Shown: piece by piece, positions 45,201-61,994 of the stretch
How positions within the stretch are numbered: position 1 is the stretch's first letter
How the letters are laid out: each line of letters begins with the position of its first letter
DNA from: the human T2T-CHM13v2.0 reference genome, Homo sapiens
Length of the DNA: 64,000 bases
Assembly (NCBI RefSeq): GCF_009914755.1
Contig: NC_060940.1
Direction: 5' to 3' (one strand)
The notes under the pieces: generated by a model
Seen by the model: the letters and a program-made list of their open reading frames with translations, nothing else
What the model was told of the DNA's origin: nothing
The model's database searches: none
Position numbers and translations under genes: made by a program

Positions 45201-45883
45201 AACTTCAGCTCTCAAACACTGACAAGTGCCCCTGCCCAATGCTCCGGACCCAACCGAGGGTCCCGTGTCAACCAGGCGTCTATTAATAGCAGGACAAGGT
45301 GTGAAGGTCGGCTTCCTGAGCAAATCGGCCTCTCCAGAGCCTTGGGGGGTGGGGGAGTCACCCCTACAGCCCGGGAACACCTCTGCACCCTGATGCTACC
45401 AAGGACAAGGGTGGCCTCCCCATGGGGACCAGAGGCCCAGCCCCCATTTCCTCCCCCTGGCTCTGGGCTGGCACAGGCGTGGCCTGGGTCAGACACTGCA
45501 GGGGGCCTCCCGTCACCAGGTCACTGAACTGTGACTGAGACTCGAGGGAGGGGACAGGATGTGTACAACTGGGAAAGCACAGAATGCAGGGACGGCCCCG
45601 TCACGTCCGGCCTGGGTACGGGAGGCAGGGGCTGGCGTGGGGGTGGTGAGCCCAGCGCCCATGGGAAGACTTTAGACCTGGGGTTGCTCCTGAGGGTCCC
45701 ACCTGAGCCAATGTGGGGTTTGAGGGGAGCCCCTCTGTGGCTCTGCCCAGCCTGCCCCTCCCCCAGGCCCTCATGGGGCACACCTGGACTCCCTGAGAGG
45801 TGCCAGGGTCACTCAGAGCAGGAACCCCGGGATGCTGGTTTACGAAACAGAAAAACGGCGGAGGCCGGAGGCAGTAATGCTGG

Positions 45884-45889
45884 TTTATT
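45884..45889 (-). terminator. MVD: MVD poly(A) signal
   Basis: First minus-strand AATAAA after the MVD stop; U-rich element downstream (complement of 45845-55). Confidence 0.8.
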
Positions 45890-45949
45890 CCCCATGGCCA
45901 CCGGGGCCGCACTGGTGCCCACTCCTGCCACCATTCCAGCCACACCCAG

Positions 45950-46037
45950 GCCGTGGGCAGCCACCCTCCGAGACACCTGGGCCGGGGGCAGGGTCTCAGC
46001 AGAAGCGCCGTGGGCAGCCACCATCCGAGGCACTTGG
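45950..46037. repeat. 31-bp direct repeat in the MVD 3' UTR
   Basis: 45950-80 versus 46007-37, 28 of 31 identical. Confidence 0.75.
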
Positions 46038-46454
46038 TGGTTTCCTGAGGCCCAAGGAGGCTGCTCCCAGCACAGTGACCCCTTCCCTGGTCCGCTGGAG
46101 GGACCACCTCCCCACTGAGCTCCTTTCTCAGAGAACTGGGCATAGCCAGAGCTGGGGTGAGAAAGCCCTTCAGCCCTGCTGCACCGAGGCTCTGCCAGTT
46201 CTCATACCCCCTCCCCATCCCATCTTGGCAAAGCGCTGGTGCAGCTTAGGGCAGCTGAAGCACTCGGCGGGGACCTCTCCTGACACCTGGGCGGCCGCAG
46301 GACTCCCTGCACTGCCCCACAGCAAGCTGCCCATGGGCCCGGGGTCAAGCCACCACCCACATGTCCCAGGAGTCCGGCCAGCCCACCACATCCGCTCCCT
46401 AGCTCCGGCGAGGCCACCCCTTCTCCAAGCGGCATGCGGTCCCTGCTGAGGCAG

Positions 46455-46535
46455 TCAGGCAGCTGGCTTCGGCAGGCCGTCAGGACCCAGGAGGTGGGCG
46501 CAGGGGTCATCCAGGATTTGAGGCCCTGGCCCCAC
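46455..46535 (-). CDS. MVD: MVD exon 10
   Basis: VGPGPQILDDPCAHLLGPDGLPKPAA*. Confidence 0.95.
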   Translation of the reverse strand: MGPGPQILDDPCAHLLGPDGLPKPAA

Positions 46536-47229
46536 CTGGGGATAGAAATCCATGTCAGGTCACCAGGAATGGCAGCGCCTCATCCTGTGCCCAGCATCTG
46601 TAGGGCCGGACACAGGAGGGTAGCGGTGTGCCCCCGCCCTTCCTGTGGGTCCTGGTCAGAAGGTAAAGCGCCTGAGTGGTGACACCCACACGCAGCTCCT
46701 GCAGGCACAGCCGCCCCTGCCAGCTGCGAGCCCCCTGCCCTGGGCACTGCTTCTGTCACAGGGGGGACAGAGAACCACAGAGCCTGGGAACAGGCAGCCC
46801 CTGAGAGGAAGGTGGCGGCAATGGCTTGGGCGGCCGTGATCACTGGATGCAAGCTTGGCCCTCGGAGCAGGTCAGAGGGCAGGAACCCCGGTCTGCTGGG
46901 GTGGTTGGGGTGGGGGGGTCCCAGGGACCCCAGCAGCCCCCACCCCAGGCGCTCCCTATTCAAGGGTCTGATACTCCCCACCTGTCTCCCTGGGAGCCTG
47001 TGTCAGACTCACCCTCCCACCCTCAGCGCAGCCCTGCTGCTCTAAGCATCACCAGTGGCCTGTAATGTCCACTTTGAGAGCAAATGAATGGACAAAGGCG
47101 TTCTGGCTTCCTGCCTGAGACACGGTAGGGACAGGGAGCCGCGCTTAGCCTTTAAGGGCCCTGGGGGCTGGGCGGGCCCCCCTGGCAGGAAAGGAAACCC
47201 CGGGGTACTGGGTGAGCCCCAGGCCTCAC

Positions 47230-47338
47230 CTGAGTGACAATGATGTATTTGACCCCACCGGGGGTCGGCTCCATGGCCAGCGCAGCCTGAAGCTCAGCTG
47301 AGAGAGGGGCCGGCCTCACCTGCAGCCCCTTCAGAAAC
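47230..47338 (-). CDS. MVD: MVD exon 9
   Basis: [36 protein letters not shown]. Confidence 0.95.
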
Positions 47339-48004
47339 CTGGAAAAGCAGGGCAGGGGCACGGTGAATGCATCCGTTTCTCTAAGCGTCTACAACAGTGT
47401 ACAACAGGCAAGTCCAGAGATGGGAAGTGCATTCCTGGCCGTCAGGGCTCAGGGAGGGGGAGACGGCAGGTGGCTGCTGTGGGGACAGGTTTCTTTTAGG
47501 GGTGATGAAAAAGTTAAGGAGGTGGCTTGAGGTGGTGCTCACATGACCCTGTGAATGTCCTCAACACCGCAGGATTATATGCTCTCGAATGGCTGAGACA
47601 GGAAATTTTAGGTTATGTGGTAAACAGCTATGCCCAGGCTGGACCCACATCTGGCCAAGGGTGCTGCCAAGCCCCATGGGGTAACAGCTCAGGGAAGCGC
47701 CCAATTCAAGCTGGTGCGTTCGTCACCGTGTTCTGCAGAACAGCGGAAGCCTGCAAGCCCCACCCGGAGCAGCAGCCACGAGCCTGGTGCTTCCCAGGCG
47801 GGCAGTCCTGGGGTGTGGGTCTGAGTCCACCCCACAGGGCAGGCCCCTGACCATTAGAAGGTGTTATTGCTCCCACCCGGGACAGACGCACATCCCCACA
47901 CGCTTCCAGACACCCTTAAATGGGAGGCGCCTCTCACATTGAGAATAAGACACCATGAAAACACGGGAGGGAAGAAATCAACAGCCCCGGGGCGTAAGGA
48001 GGCT

Positions 48005-48135
48005 GGGCCAAGCTGTGCACCGAGGAGGGCGTACATGGGGGCTCTGTGGCACCCCCACAGAGCAGCGCAGGGGAAGAGGCGGTTCAGGGCCAAGCTGTGC
48101 ACCGAGGAGGGCGTACATGGGGGCTCTGTGGCACC
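48005..48135. repeat. 49-bp perfect direct repeat (period 82) in MVD intron 8
   Basis: GGGCCAAGCTGTGCACCGAGGAGGGCGTACATGGGGGCTCTGTGGCACC, two copies. Confidence 0.9.
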
Positions 48136-48621
48136 AAGATGCAGCTGCCGGACCCCACCCAAGAAAAGACACCCAACTGCCGGGGCGGGGTCAACACCCA
48201 GCCGCCTTGACTGGCTCTAACTCGCTTCAGTAAGAAGGAAATCAGGGGCTTTGACTCCTTTCCTTCAAAATGTCGGACACTTACGCACACATCTGGGAGT
48301 GCAGGCGTGTTTCCTAAGCCACTGTTCTATAGAATAAGAGCCTGCGGGGTCCCGAGCTGCAGGGGACGCTGTCACTCAGGAGGTGGGAGACCCTGGGCGT
48401 TGCTCACACACGCGTGAGCGGCCTCTCTTTCTTCCCTGTGGACGTGGGCTGTGGGATGGCTCTATGGGGACACCCTGCCCGTGGCTCCCACACTCGGGGG
48501 ACTGCTGCCTGCCCTGGGACTCCCTGTCTCAGCACCACAGCCTTCAGGTGCCTCCGTCTCTTCCGACCAGAGTTCCTGGCACCATCTCCCAAAAAGGAGG
48601 AGGGGCGGGGTCCACACTCAC

Positions 48622-48737
48622 GTGTCTCCATTCGAGCCTGGGGGAAAGCCGTGCCACACAGCAGCCACAAACTCAGCCACAGTGTCGTCCAGGGTGAAGA
48701 TCACGGCATTGGGGCCCGCGTCAAAGGTGTACGCCAC
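48622..48737 (-). CDS. MVD: MVD exon 8
   Basis: [14 protein letters not shown] motif containing the catalytic Asp. Confidence 0.95.
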
Positions 48738-49128
48738 CTGGAACCCACAGCAGTCACCCTGGCTATTCACGTGGTGCCTGACCCTTGTCTCCCCAACCCT
48801 CTGGTCTGCCAGGCGGCCTTGGGCTCTCCAAGAGCTCAGTCTAGGCCCTCAGGGCCACACTGGAGTGGAGCTGTGACCCCAAGTGCCTGGTACTTGACAC
48901 GTCTGCCTGTGAACCCAGGAAGAAGGTGGTGGGGCCGTGACCCGGGCAAGTCAAGAAACAAAATGAAACAGAAGAACCCAGATGGTCAGTGAGCTTCGCA
49001 CACAGCAGGGTGGAGCTTTCAGACACAGATTGCCCTGCACGCGAGCCCCGGGGCCGTCTCCACGGCAGCACAAGCCTAGACACGCGCTACAGCGCGAGCG
49101 CAGCCTCTGCCCTCCCGGCCCGCGTCAC

Positions 49129-49347
49129 CTTGGTGTCCCCGTGGTGGGCGTTGAAGCGGTGCACCAGGTGGATGATGCGCCAGGAGATGGCATTGAGGTA
49201 AGAGATGGGCGGGAAGGTGTCGAGGCAGGTGGCGTGGAACTGGTTGCTGTCCTTCATGGTCAGCTGGGCGAAGCTGGGGAAGTCTCGCTCCCGGATGCAG
49301 CGGGCCATCTCCGCCATGCGCGCGGGCACCACGGACTCGGCCCGGAA
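49129..49347 (-). CDS. MVD: MVD exon 7
   Basis: [11 protein letters not shown]...[20 protein letters not shown]...GDTK. Confidence 0.95.
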
Positions 49348-49585
49348 CTGCAAGGCACAGGGTGTTTCCCATGGAGCCGCTGGGGGTCTCGACAGCAGAG
49401 GGTTCGAGGAGAGACTCCGGGGTTGGAGGCCCGGCTCGAGCCCCATCTCTGCATTTGGCTCCTGCACGTGGTCTTGGCGGGGCTGCCGCAGGTGTGAGAA
49501 CACTCGGGCCCAGACAGAGGCTGAGGGCAGAGCCGGGCACAAGCGTGACTCCCAGGGCCCCGGGACCACCCGCTCCTGGCCTTAC

Positions 49586-49660
49586 CCGAAGCAGGGGGCT
49601 GGTCTCCACACTGGCCCGCATGCCCACGGTACTGCCTGTCAGCTTCTTCTCAGCGCTCAC
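49586..49660 (-). CDS. MVD: MVD exon 6
   Basis: VSAEKKLTGSTVGMRASVETSPLLR. Confidence 0.95.
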
Positions 49661-50034
49661 CTGCACGAGGGAGAGACAGCCTGGGCCACACCCTGCAGGG
49701 GGCCAGCCCCAAGGACCTCAGCCTCAAACACTCGGCCCTCCCTCAGCCAATGCAGGCAGCGGGGGTGGGAGTCAGTGCCACCTGCCTGACCACAGAGGCC
49801 TCCCGGCCACAGCAGGGGTGACGCAGGGGCAACTTCCAGATCCCAGCGGGTGGTGGCGCCCGCCGCATGGGAGCGGTTCCTGAGCACTCAACCACGCTTC
49901 TGTTCCTTCAGCCCCCGCTGACCCCAGGAGCCAAGCAAAGCCTGGATGGACGCCTTCGCTCCTGCTCCCGGCAGCAGCCCTGACTAGGGACAGAGGCCAC
50001 CGGGCTGCTGCTCCACCCGCCCCACCCCACTCAC

Positions 50035-50234
50035 CACAAGGATGAGCACGCGGAGTTCAGGCCAGTGTGACTCGGGGGCCACTTGCCGAGCGATGCTGTC
50101 CTTCCCGTCGGCCTGCTCTCCCATCTGCCACTCCACAAAGCCCCCATACAGGCTCCGGCAGGCGCTGCCTGAGCCCCGGCGAGCCACTTCTGAGAGGTCA
50201 CTCTCCACGCCGTAGACACGGGCCAGGGTGTAGG
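50035..50234 (-). CDS. MVD: MVD exon 5
   Basis: [19 protein letters not shown] motif. Confidence 0.95.
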
Positions 50235-51366
50235 CTGCAGGCATGCGGATTCAGGGAGGGTCCTCAGAGCTGCCTGCGCTGTGCTCCCTGACAGCTCACC
50301 GCCCCAGGAACGTCCCACACCCCACGGCAAATGGGGATTTCCAGATGACAGGGCTTCTGGGCCATCAGCCTTTGAGGCCAGCATTCACCGGCCCAGCCGT
50401 CTGTCCCCCACCTCCGCTAGTTCCACTCTCGGACACTCTCTGTTCACGGCCTGCAGAGCTTGCGGCCTGCGACAAGGGCAACAAAAGGTACCTGCGGCAG
50501 AGCAGGAAGCCCCATGGAAGGCGGGAGAAAGGCCCCCGAGGACACCCAAGCTGGGCTTTGAGGGTGGGAAGGAATTTTAAGGCTGTGTGGGGCAGGGACC
50601 GATGCCAGGACAGAGCTGGACTCCACAAGACGCGCCCCCTGCCCACCCAGCACGGGAGCCACCTTCTCCCCTCCTCCCACAGGGCTCCAGCAGGGCAACC
50701 CCACCTCCAGGTCTGGTCACCCACCCTGGTCACCGAGGGTGGTTCAGGGAAGGCACAGGAGCCCAGGTGGGCCAGGAAGCGTCACCCCTGGAGTTGAGGG
50801 GTGAAGATGGTGTGAGACCACCACCGGGGGGACAGGCTCTGACAGTGGGTGGGAAGCTGCCAGCAAGTGGCCTGGGGCCAGCAGAGAGCTGGGTCCAGCG
50901 GGGCCTGCAACCAGCTGTGCCCATTGGAATCCTCAGTTACGTGAGCCACAAAATCATCGCTATTTTAGGGCTGAGCCAGTTTGAAGTGGTTTCTATCACT
51001 GACAATCTAGAGGGGCTCCACATACAGCAACGGGAAGATTTTTTTATTTTTTGTAGAGATGGGGGGGGGGTCTCACTATGTTGCCCAGGCTGGTCTTGAA
51101 CTCCTGGCCTACAGTGCTTCTCCCCCATCAGCCTCTTAAGTACTGGGATTACAGGCGAGAGCCCCACGCCAGCTGCAACTGGAAGATGAAAATGTTCAGA
51201 TGTGCTCTGGGAAGAGACTGAACAACTCCAGAGAGGCCAGGGAGGCCTGGGGTGAGGGGATGCTCTTTTAGCCACGCCCAGCAGTGGGCTCCCTGACCCG
51301 GGAAGAGCATGAAGTGGCTCCTGCGCCCACAGCCCAGAACCCCTGCGGGTCTCTGTGGGCACCCAC

Positions 51367-51513
51367 CTAGGCAGGCATAGCCCGCCGCTGAGGAGGCCAG
51401 GCCCGCAGCCGTGGGGAAGTTGTTCACCGATGCCACGTGCACCTTGCAGCTGAGGCTGGAGGGCAGCGGGTCCCCATCCCGTGAGTTCCTCCGCTTCCGG
51501 GCCAGGCAGCGGA
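51367..51513 (-). CDS. MVD: MVD exon 4
   Basis: GHMP-kinase ATP-binding loop [15 protein letters not shown]. Confidence 0.95.
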
Positions 51514-51845
51514 CTGCAGAGACAATGAGACAGCGTGTGGCCCAGCCGTCAGCACCCTGCCCGCCCTGCTCCTGCCCACCTGCCCGGGGTCACAGCTGAA
51601 CACCAGGCCTCTGCCTGCCAGACTCCTCGTGGAGAGTTTCTTACCCGGGAAAACCCCAGACTGACCCAAGCCCAGCTGGTCATTGAGGTGGGCCACTGCC
51701 CTGGAGCTGGCGGCCCAGCGGGCATGTCTGGTTCCCAGCCACCCCGCCTGCTGCCTCAGGAGGGGCACAGAGGCAGAAGCACTTTCTGGATGCTCGGACC
51801 CTGCTGACAACAGGGAGGGATGGGCTTATGGGGACCCCAGCTCAC

Positions 51846-51960
51846 TCTCCCGCAGGCAGGCCTGCAGCCTCGGCTGCCCCACATCCTCCTCCCGGCCATT
51901 CAGCCAAATCCGGTCCTCGGTGAAGTCCTTGCTGATGACGGCTGTTGTGGTGGTTTTTAA
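51846..51960 (-). CDS. MVD: MVD exon 3
   Basis: [38 protein letters not shown]. Confidence 0.95.
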
Positions 51961-52580
51961 CTGAAAAGGAAACCCAGGGCCACCTCAGAGGCCAGCATTG
52001 AGGACCGATGCCAGCCAGGTACCCCTTTCTACTGAGAGAGCCTCATGGCTGCCCACTCGAGCAAGGTCAGCCCTGCTGAGGGCAGGGGGGGAAAGGCCAG
52101 TCTCAGCTGGGCAGTGGGGAAGCCCGTGGGGGATGAAAGCGTGGGCCACACCTTGTGGAGCAACCAGGCCTTATCCTGAATAAAGAGACGGGGACTCCCA
52201 GGGGAGCCCCTGGGGCACGGTGTGCGCATGTGTGACGAGACCTGGGGGCACGTGTGTGCTGTGCTCAGCTCTCCTAATACTGGGAGATGGAACAGACACT
52301 GCGTGCTGGCTGGGAGTCGTCGCTAGGCCATCTCATCCTAGCCTTTAGGTAAAAAAGTACCAATTTTTTTTTTGTTTCAGAGACAGGGTCTCACTCTGTC
52401 ACCCAGGCTGGAGTGCAGTGGTGCGATCATGGTTCACTGTGGTCTCCAATGCCTGGGCTCAAGAGACTCTCCCCAAGTGCTGGGATTGCAGATGTGAGCC
52501 ACCATACCCAACGGGTACCAACTGTTCTACAAATGTTCTGGAAATGGCACTGTGGTGTTTAGTCGTCAGTCCACACATAC

Positions 52581-52651
52581 CTGGTCCTGGTGCAGAGTGA
52601 CGCTCAGGGAGGAGTTGATGGGCAGAACCAGCTCTTCATCGCGCTTGCCCC
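52581..52651 (-). CDS. MVD: MVD exon 2
   Basis: [23 protein letters not shown]. Confidence 0.95.
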
Positions 52652-53571
52652 CTGTAATGAACAGCCAGGGCCAGGCCGGTGGGCTTCCCGGCCCACCCTC
52701 CCCCAGTGTTCCCCACAGGTGCCCCCACCCCCCACCCACGGCCCCCATCCGCCTCAGTCCCGTCTCTCACCGCACAACCTGTGTGCCCCTCCTCCTGCCA
52801 GACCCCGGCCTGCAAGAACTGCTCCCACCCCACTGAGCTCAGGCTCCCAGAGCAGAGCTGGAGGCCAGCCAACCTCCGTCCCCGCTCCCCATTCCTTCAT
52901 CGCTTCTACTCCAGCATCCGTGAGTGCCCAGGTGCGGATCGCTCCCACCGCGGCCTGCCTCCCCTCCACCTTCCCAAACAAAAGGAGCCCAGCTCTGAGA
53001 ACTCCTCACATCTCACTGCTCATATGCCCCAGGAACATCCAGGATAAACCCCTTTCTGCCCAGCACGGCCATGGGACAGCACGTGAAATCAAACTTCCAG
53101 AAAGCCCGAAAGGAAACGTTTGCCCTGGGAGCGCTGCGTGGTGCTTCAGCTGAAGTCTTATTCCACGGCGGCTTCGCTAAGCACACCATCTGCTCGGTTT
53201 TGTGCGAGGGGAGGTCTCTGAGGATGGCGGACAGTTCCAGGGGTGATAAACGCGGACACCTGGCAGAGAACCACGCCCTGCAGCTCGCGAGGCTCTTTCA
53301 CGCACAGCACTGAGCGGCCCTCCTTGCAGGCGGACGCCGCTGCCCTGACAGGCCGGGCGAACCTCTGCTTTCAGGAAGGTGGGCCAGGGGACTTCTCCCG
53401 CTTCCTCCCACTGGGGACAACTGAGACCCTGGACATCACAGGTGAGACTCTCACGGGTGACAGAGGGCGGCTGTGGGACAGTGCAGGGGGAGCCCGGGGC
53501 TTTCTTTTCTGCTTGCCCTAGACCTAGCCCTGCAGAAGCTGGAACTGCCAACCAAAGCCAGCCCTCCCTAG

Positions 53572-54960
<1,389 letters not shown>

Positions 54961-56360
54961 ATAGCAGAAGAGAAAATCCAGAAATAGACCCACACAAACA
55001 TGCCCAGCTGATTTTTTTTTTTACAAAAGTGCAAAAGCAATTCAATAGAGGAAGGATAGCCTTTCTGGGCTAACTGGACAACCTTGGATCACAGACTTAA
55101 ATATAAAAGGCAATCCTGTACAACTTGGAGGAAAGCAGACAATCTTCAGGACATAGGGCTAAGCAAAGAGGTCTTAGACTTGACATCAACATTGATACAC
55201 TGAACTTCTTTAAAATGAAAAACTGGCTCTTTGTTAAGAGGACAAAAAGATTAGTTAGTTTGGGAGACAATACCTGCAAACCACATGTCCAACAGGAGAC
55301 TAATATCTAGAATACATATTTTATTTTTTTTCAGTAGAGACGGGGGTTTCACCATGTTGGCCAAGCTGGTCTCAAACTCCTGACCTCAGGTGATCCGCCC
55401 ACCTCAGCCTCCCCAAGTGCTGGGATTACAGGCTTGAGCCAGCGTGCCCAGCCTAGAATGTGTAATGAACTCTCCAAACTTATAGTAAAAAAGCAAACCA
55501 TCCAGTTCGAGCGTGGACACAGAATATGAAGAGAGATTTCACCAAGAAAACCCACAGATGGCAAATAAGCACAAAGAAAGATGCTCCACGTCACTGGCCA
55601 ACAGGGAAACGCGAATGAGGACCACAGCACCCTGCCAGCACATCCCTACCAGGACGCGGCTAAAATGAAAAACAGCAACTCCACCAAATGCTGGTGAGGA
55701 TGCGGAAAATCTGCATCACCGTAGGGATGCAAAATGGCCCAGCCACTCTGAAAAACAATTAGACAGTTTCTTTAAAAAAAAAAAAAGTATATATATAATA
55801 TATATATGTATATATACACACACATACATCTATATAGGTGTATACATATACACACACATATATCTATATAGGTGTATATATATATATACACACACACAAA
55901 CATACATATATACATAGAAAGAGAGAGAGAGACAGAGAGGCATATATATATATCTACCATCTGACCCAGCAACCGCACTCCTGGGCATTTATCCCAGAAG
56001 AATGGAAATGTATGTTCACACAAAAACCTGTATACAACATTTTATGGCAGCTTTATTGGTAAGGGAAACACAAAAAAATTAGCCAGTCGTGGTGGCGGCT
56101 TCTGGAAAGAAAAGAAAGAAAGAAAGAAAACGTTAGATGCTCTTTGCGGGGTGAGGCCTTGGCTAGAGAGAGGGTGGTCCATGGATTCCACGGACTGGCT
56201 CAGCAACAGAGGGGCAAAGCACTGATACAATCCCGGGGCACGTCCACATTCTATGCTGAATGAAATAAGCCAAACTCAAAAGATACTGGGTGGGCCACAT
56301 AACTGCGATTCCAGTTTCAGAACATTTTGAAATGACGTTACAGAAATGAGTGGTCAGTGG
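54961..56360 (+). mobile_element. L1M fragment with Alu pieces and a (TA/CA/GA)n microsatellite at ~55788-55952
   Basis: ccagaaatagacccacacaaa...; aaatgctggtgaggatg...; atgttcacacaaaaacctg. Confidence 0.75.
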
Positions 56361-56944
56361 CGGCCAGGTAACCCCGGCGCGAGGGGAGGGGCGGGGCTGT
56401 GAACGCACAGGTGCGGACCGGCCTCCCCCGCACGGATGTGGGCCTGCGGGCCCCCCATTACCGCTCCTTGGAGGTTACCGCTGGGAGAAACGGGGCGAGG
56501 GAGGGACACAGGGTCTCGGGCTGGGGGAGCAGTGGCGCGATTTCCGCTCACTGCAGCCTCGACCTCCCGGGCTCTGGCCATCCTCCCGCCTCAGCCTCCC
56601 GAGTAGCTGGAGCCACAAACGCGCACCACCACGGCGGATTCTTACGATTCATGGGAATCGATGATTGATGATTTCGATAGTTCGGTAATCGCTAATGGGC
56701 AGGCGCCGGGCGACCCTGCAGGGGCGGCAGCCGTCGCGGGGGAACGGGTGGCGCCGAGCTTGTCACGCGAAGGAGCGCGCGGCCCCGCCCGACCACCGCC
56801 GCGCCCCTCCCTGAGCCTCAGTTTCCCCGTCTGTCGAGGCCCTGGGAGGGCAGGACGGAGCGCGCCGCCGAATCAGCGCGCGACCCCCGCGTACCCGGCC
56901 TCGCTCCCGGCCATCCCCGTCCCAGGCCGGCCCGCGGCACTCAC

Positions 56945-57014
56945 AGTACTTGATGACCGCGATGTTGACCGGCGCTGTACAAGTGACTGCCGCCAGCGGC
57001 TTCTCCGAGGCCAT
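56945..57014 (-). CDS. MVD: MVD exon 1 coding part (mevalonate diphosphate decarboxylase)
   Basis: MASEKPLAAVTCTAPVNIAVIKY; spliced total 1203 nt, 400 aa. Confidence 0.96.
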
Positions 57015-57059
57015 GGTCCCACCGCGCAGTGACCCCAGCTCCACAGCCACTTACGGCCC

Positions 57060-57230
57060 GCGATCCCACCCCAGAGGCCTCTGCCTCCTCACGCGCTACC
57101 ACAGGATTGGCCCGTGCGAGCCCGGCTGCTCGCGCGCCGACCAATCAGCGGCGAGTCGGGCGCACGCATTACCTCTCAGCCAATGGACGGGATCGGACGA
57201 TGGGTTGCTGACGTAGGTCCGCCCCACCCG
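57060..57230. promoter_or_regulatory. MVD: MVD CpG-island promoter: three CCAAT boxes, SRE-like site, CRE half-site, GC box; likely bidirectional
   Basis: ATTGG 57106; CCAAT 57141 and 57180; ATCCCACCCCA 57063; TGACGT 57209; CCGCCCC 57219. Confidence 0.75.
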
Positions 57231-57349
57231 CAGGGTGCGCTCGCCAGGCCTGGGGCGTGGTGTTGTCTGCGCAGGCGCCGTGTGCCCAGGCGCCTGGCGT
57301 CCGCGTCGGCGATCCGGGGTCTGGGCGCGGCGAGGTGGGCGCTGTTGCC

Positions 57350-57720
57350 TGTGGGGGCTACCTGTCTGCTGGTGCTGTGCGGGCTTGTGCGGGGCTGTGC
57401 GACAGCTGTGTGGGGCCCGTGAGGAGCTGTGCGGGGGGCTGTGCGAAGGGCTGTGTGAGGCGCTGTGCTGGGGGCTGTGCGGAGACCTTGAGGCGCTGTG
57501 CGGGGTCCGTGAGGCTCTGTGTGGGGCGCCGTATGGGAGACTCTGCGGGGGCCGTAAAGGGTCCGTGAGGCGCTGTGTGCGGGTTGTGAGGCGCTGTGCG
57601 GGGACCATGAAGGGGCCGTGGGGCGCTGTGCGGGTGCCGTGGGGCGCTGTGCGGGTGCCGTGGGGCGCTGTGTGGGAGGGAGGCTGTGCGGGGCCGTGGG
57701 ACGGTGTGCGGGGCTGAGGG
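57350..57720. repeat. Degenerate GC-rich GGCGCTGTGCGGG-type tandem repeat
   Basis: Recurrent GCTGTG units; 21-bp perfect copies near 57617-57670. Confidence 0.75.
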
Positions 57721-58254
57721 GAGGGCGGGTCGCGCTGTGCCCTCCTTGAAGCTCTTGGACGGCCCCGCTGGGTATGGGGGTGCACACAGGCCCGAGGGCA
57801 GGCGCTGGAGGATGTATCCCGGGATCCACTCTTAACCCGGCAGCCGAAGGCACCCTGTCCCGCCGCCCACAGCCTTCTCCGCGCCATGTCCTGGGCCAGG
57901 GTCCCCCGCCACGGGGCTCACACGAAAGACCCCGGGGCGGGGAAGCCCGGCAGCCCGGAGCTGGGTCCAACCTGCATTAAGGTGGGCGTCTCAAATACCC
58001 CCTGTAAGGCCCTGTAGGAGCAAAGCCTTGGACTGGGTTGCGGCGCTTGTGTGTGCATTGACTTCTCCTGTGAAACGTACAGGAACATTTAAGCGTGCCG
58101 TTCCCTGCCATTCATTCCAATCATGTGCCACGCCCCCACTATTTCTAGAGTTTTCTCACCCCAAACAGAAACTCTGTCCCCTTAAAACAATGACTTCCCA
58201 TTTTCCCCTTCCCCTTTTAAAATTTTACCTTTAGTTTTTAAATAGCTCAGATTG

Positions 58255-61420
<3,166 letters not shown>

Positions 61421-61994
61421 GCATGGGTGCTTTGCTGAGTATGGTATGGGTAGGCTGTGTGTGGCACTGATTCATGAGGGGAGAGGGTCTGGGAGATGAA
61501 TGGGAAGCCAGACAGCTGGAGCCCGTGGGTGGGCCCTGACTGGTGTTGGGGCAAGGAGGGGAAGCCCAGCCAGGGCTGAGCATGTCCTGCCTGGTTCCAG
61601 GCCTGCAGCCCTGGGGGTTTGGCCTGGACAGGCCAGCAGAGGGGCCCCGAGCACAGCCTGCACAGCATCCTACTGCTGATCCCCGGGGCTTCCTGCGTCC
61701 TGGCGCTTCCTGTCCTTTCCCCAAGCCCAGGCATCTGGGACTTTAAAAAGTCAGAAAGCAACTGGAAAGGAAGGCATGTGTCTAGCTTGCTCTATATCTG
61801 CCTTGCGTTGGGAGGCCTTCAGTGGGAATGTTTTTCTGGAAGCAGTCAGCAAATGTGAAACACCATGAAGCCAGGCGATTGGAGAGGTAAAAAGAAGCGA
61901 GGACTCAGGGAATATGGGCATTTTAAAAATAATAATTTAAATTAAAAAAAGACAAGGAAATGTTTATTCCAGAAGAGTTAACAATTTGATACTT

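Noticed and set aside
57096-57970. 263- and 264-aa minus-strand ORFs upstream of MVD
   Set aside because: Low-complexity repeat and CpG-island sequence upstream of the MVD start; no coding signature
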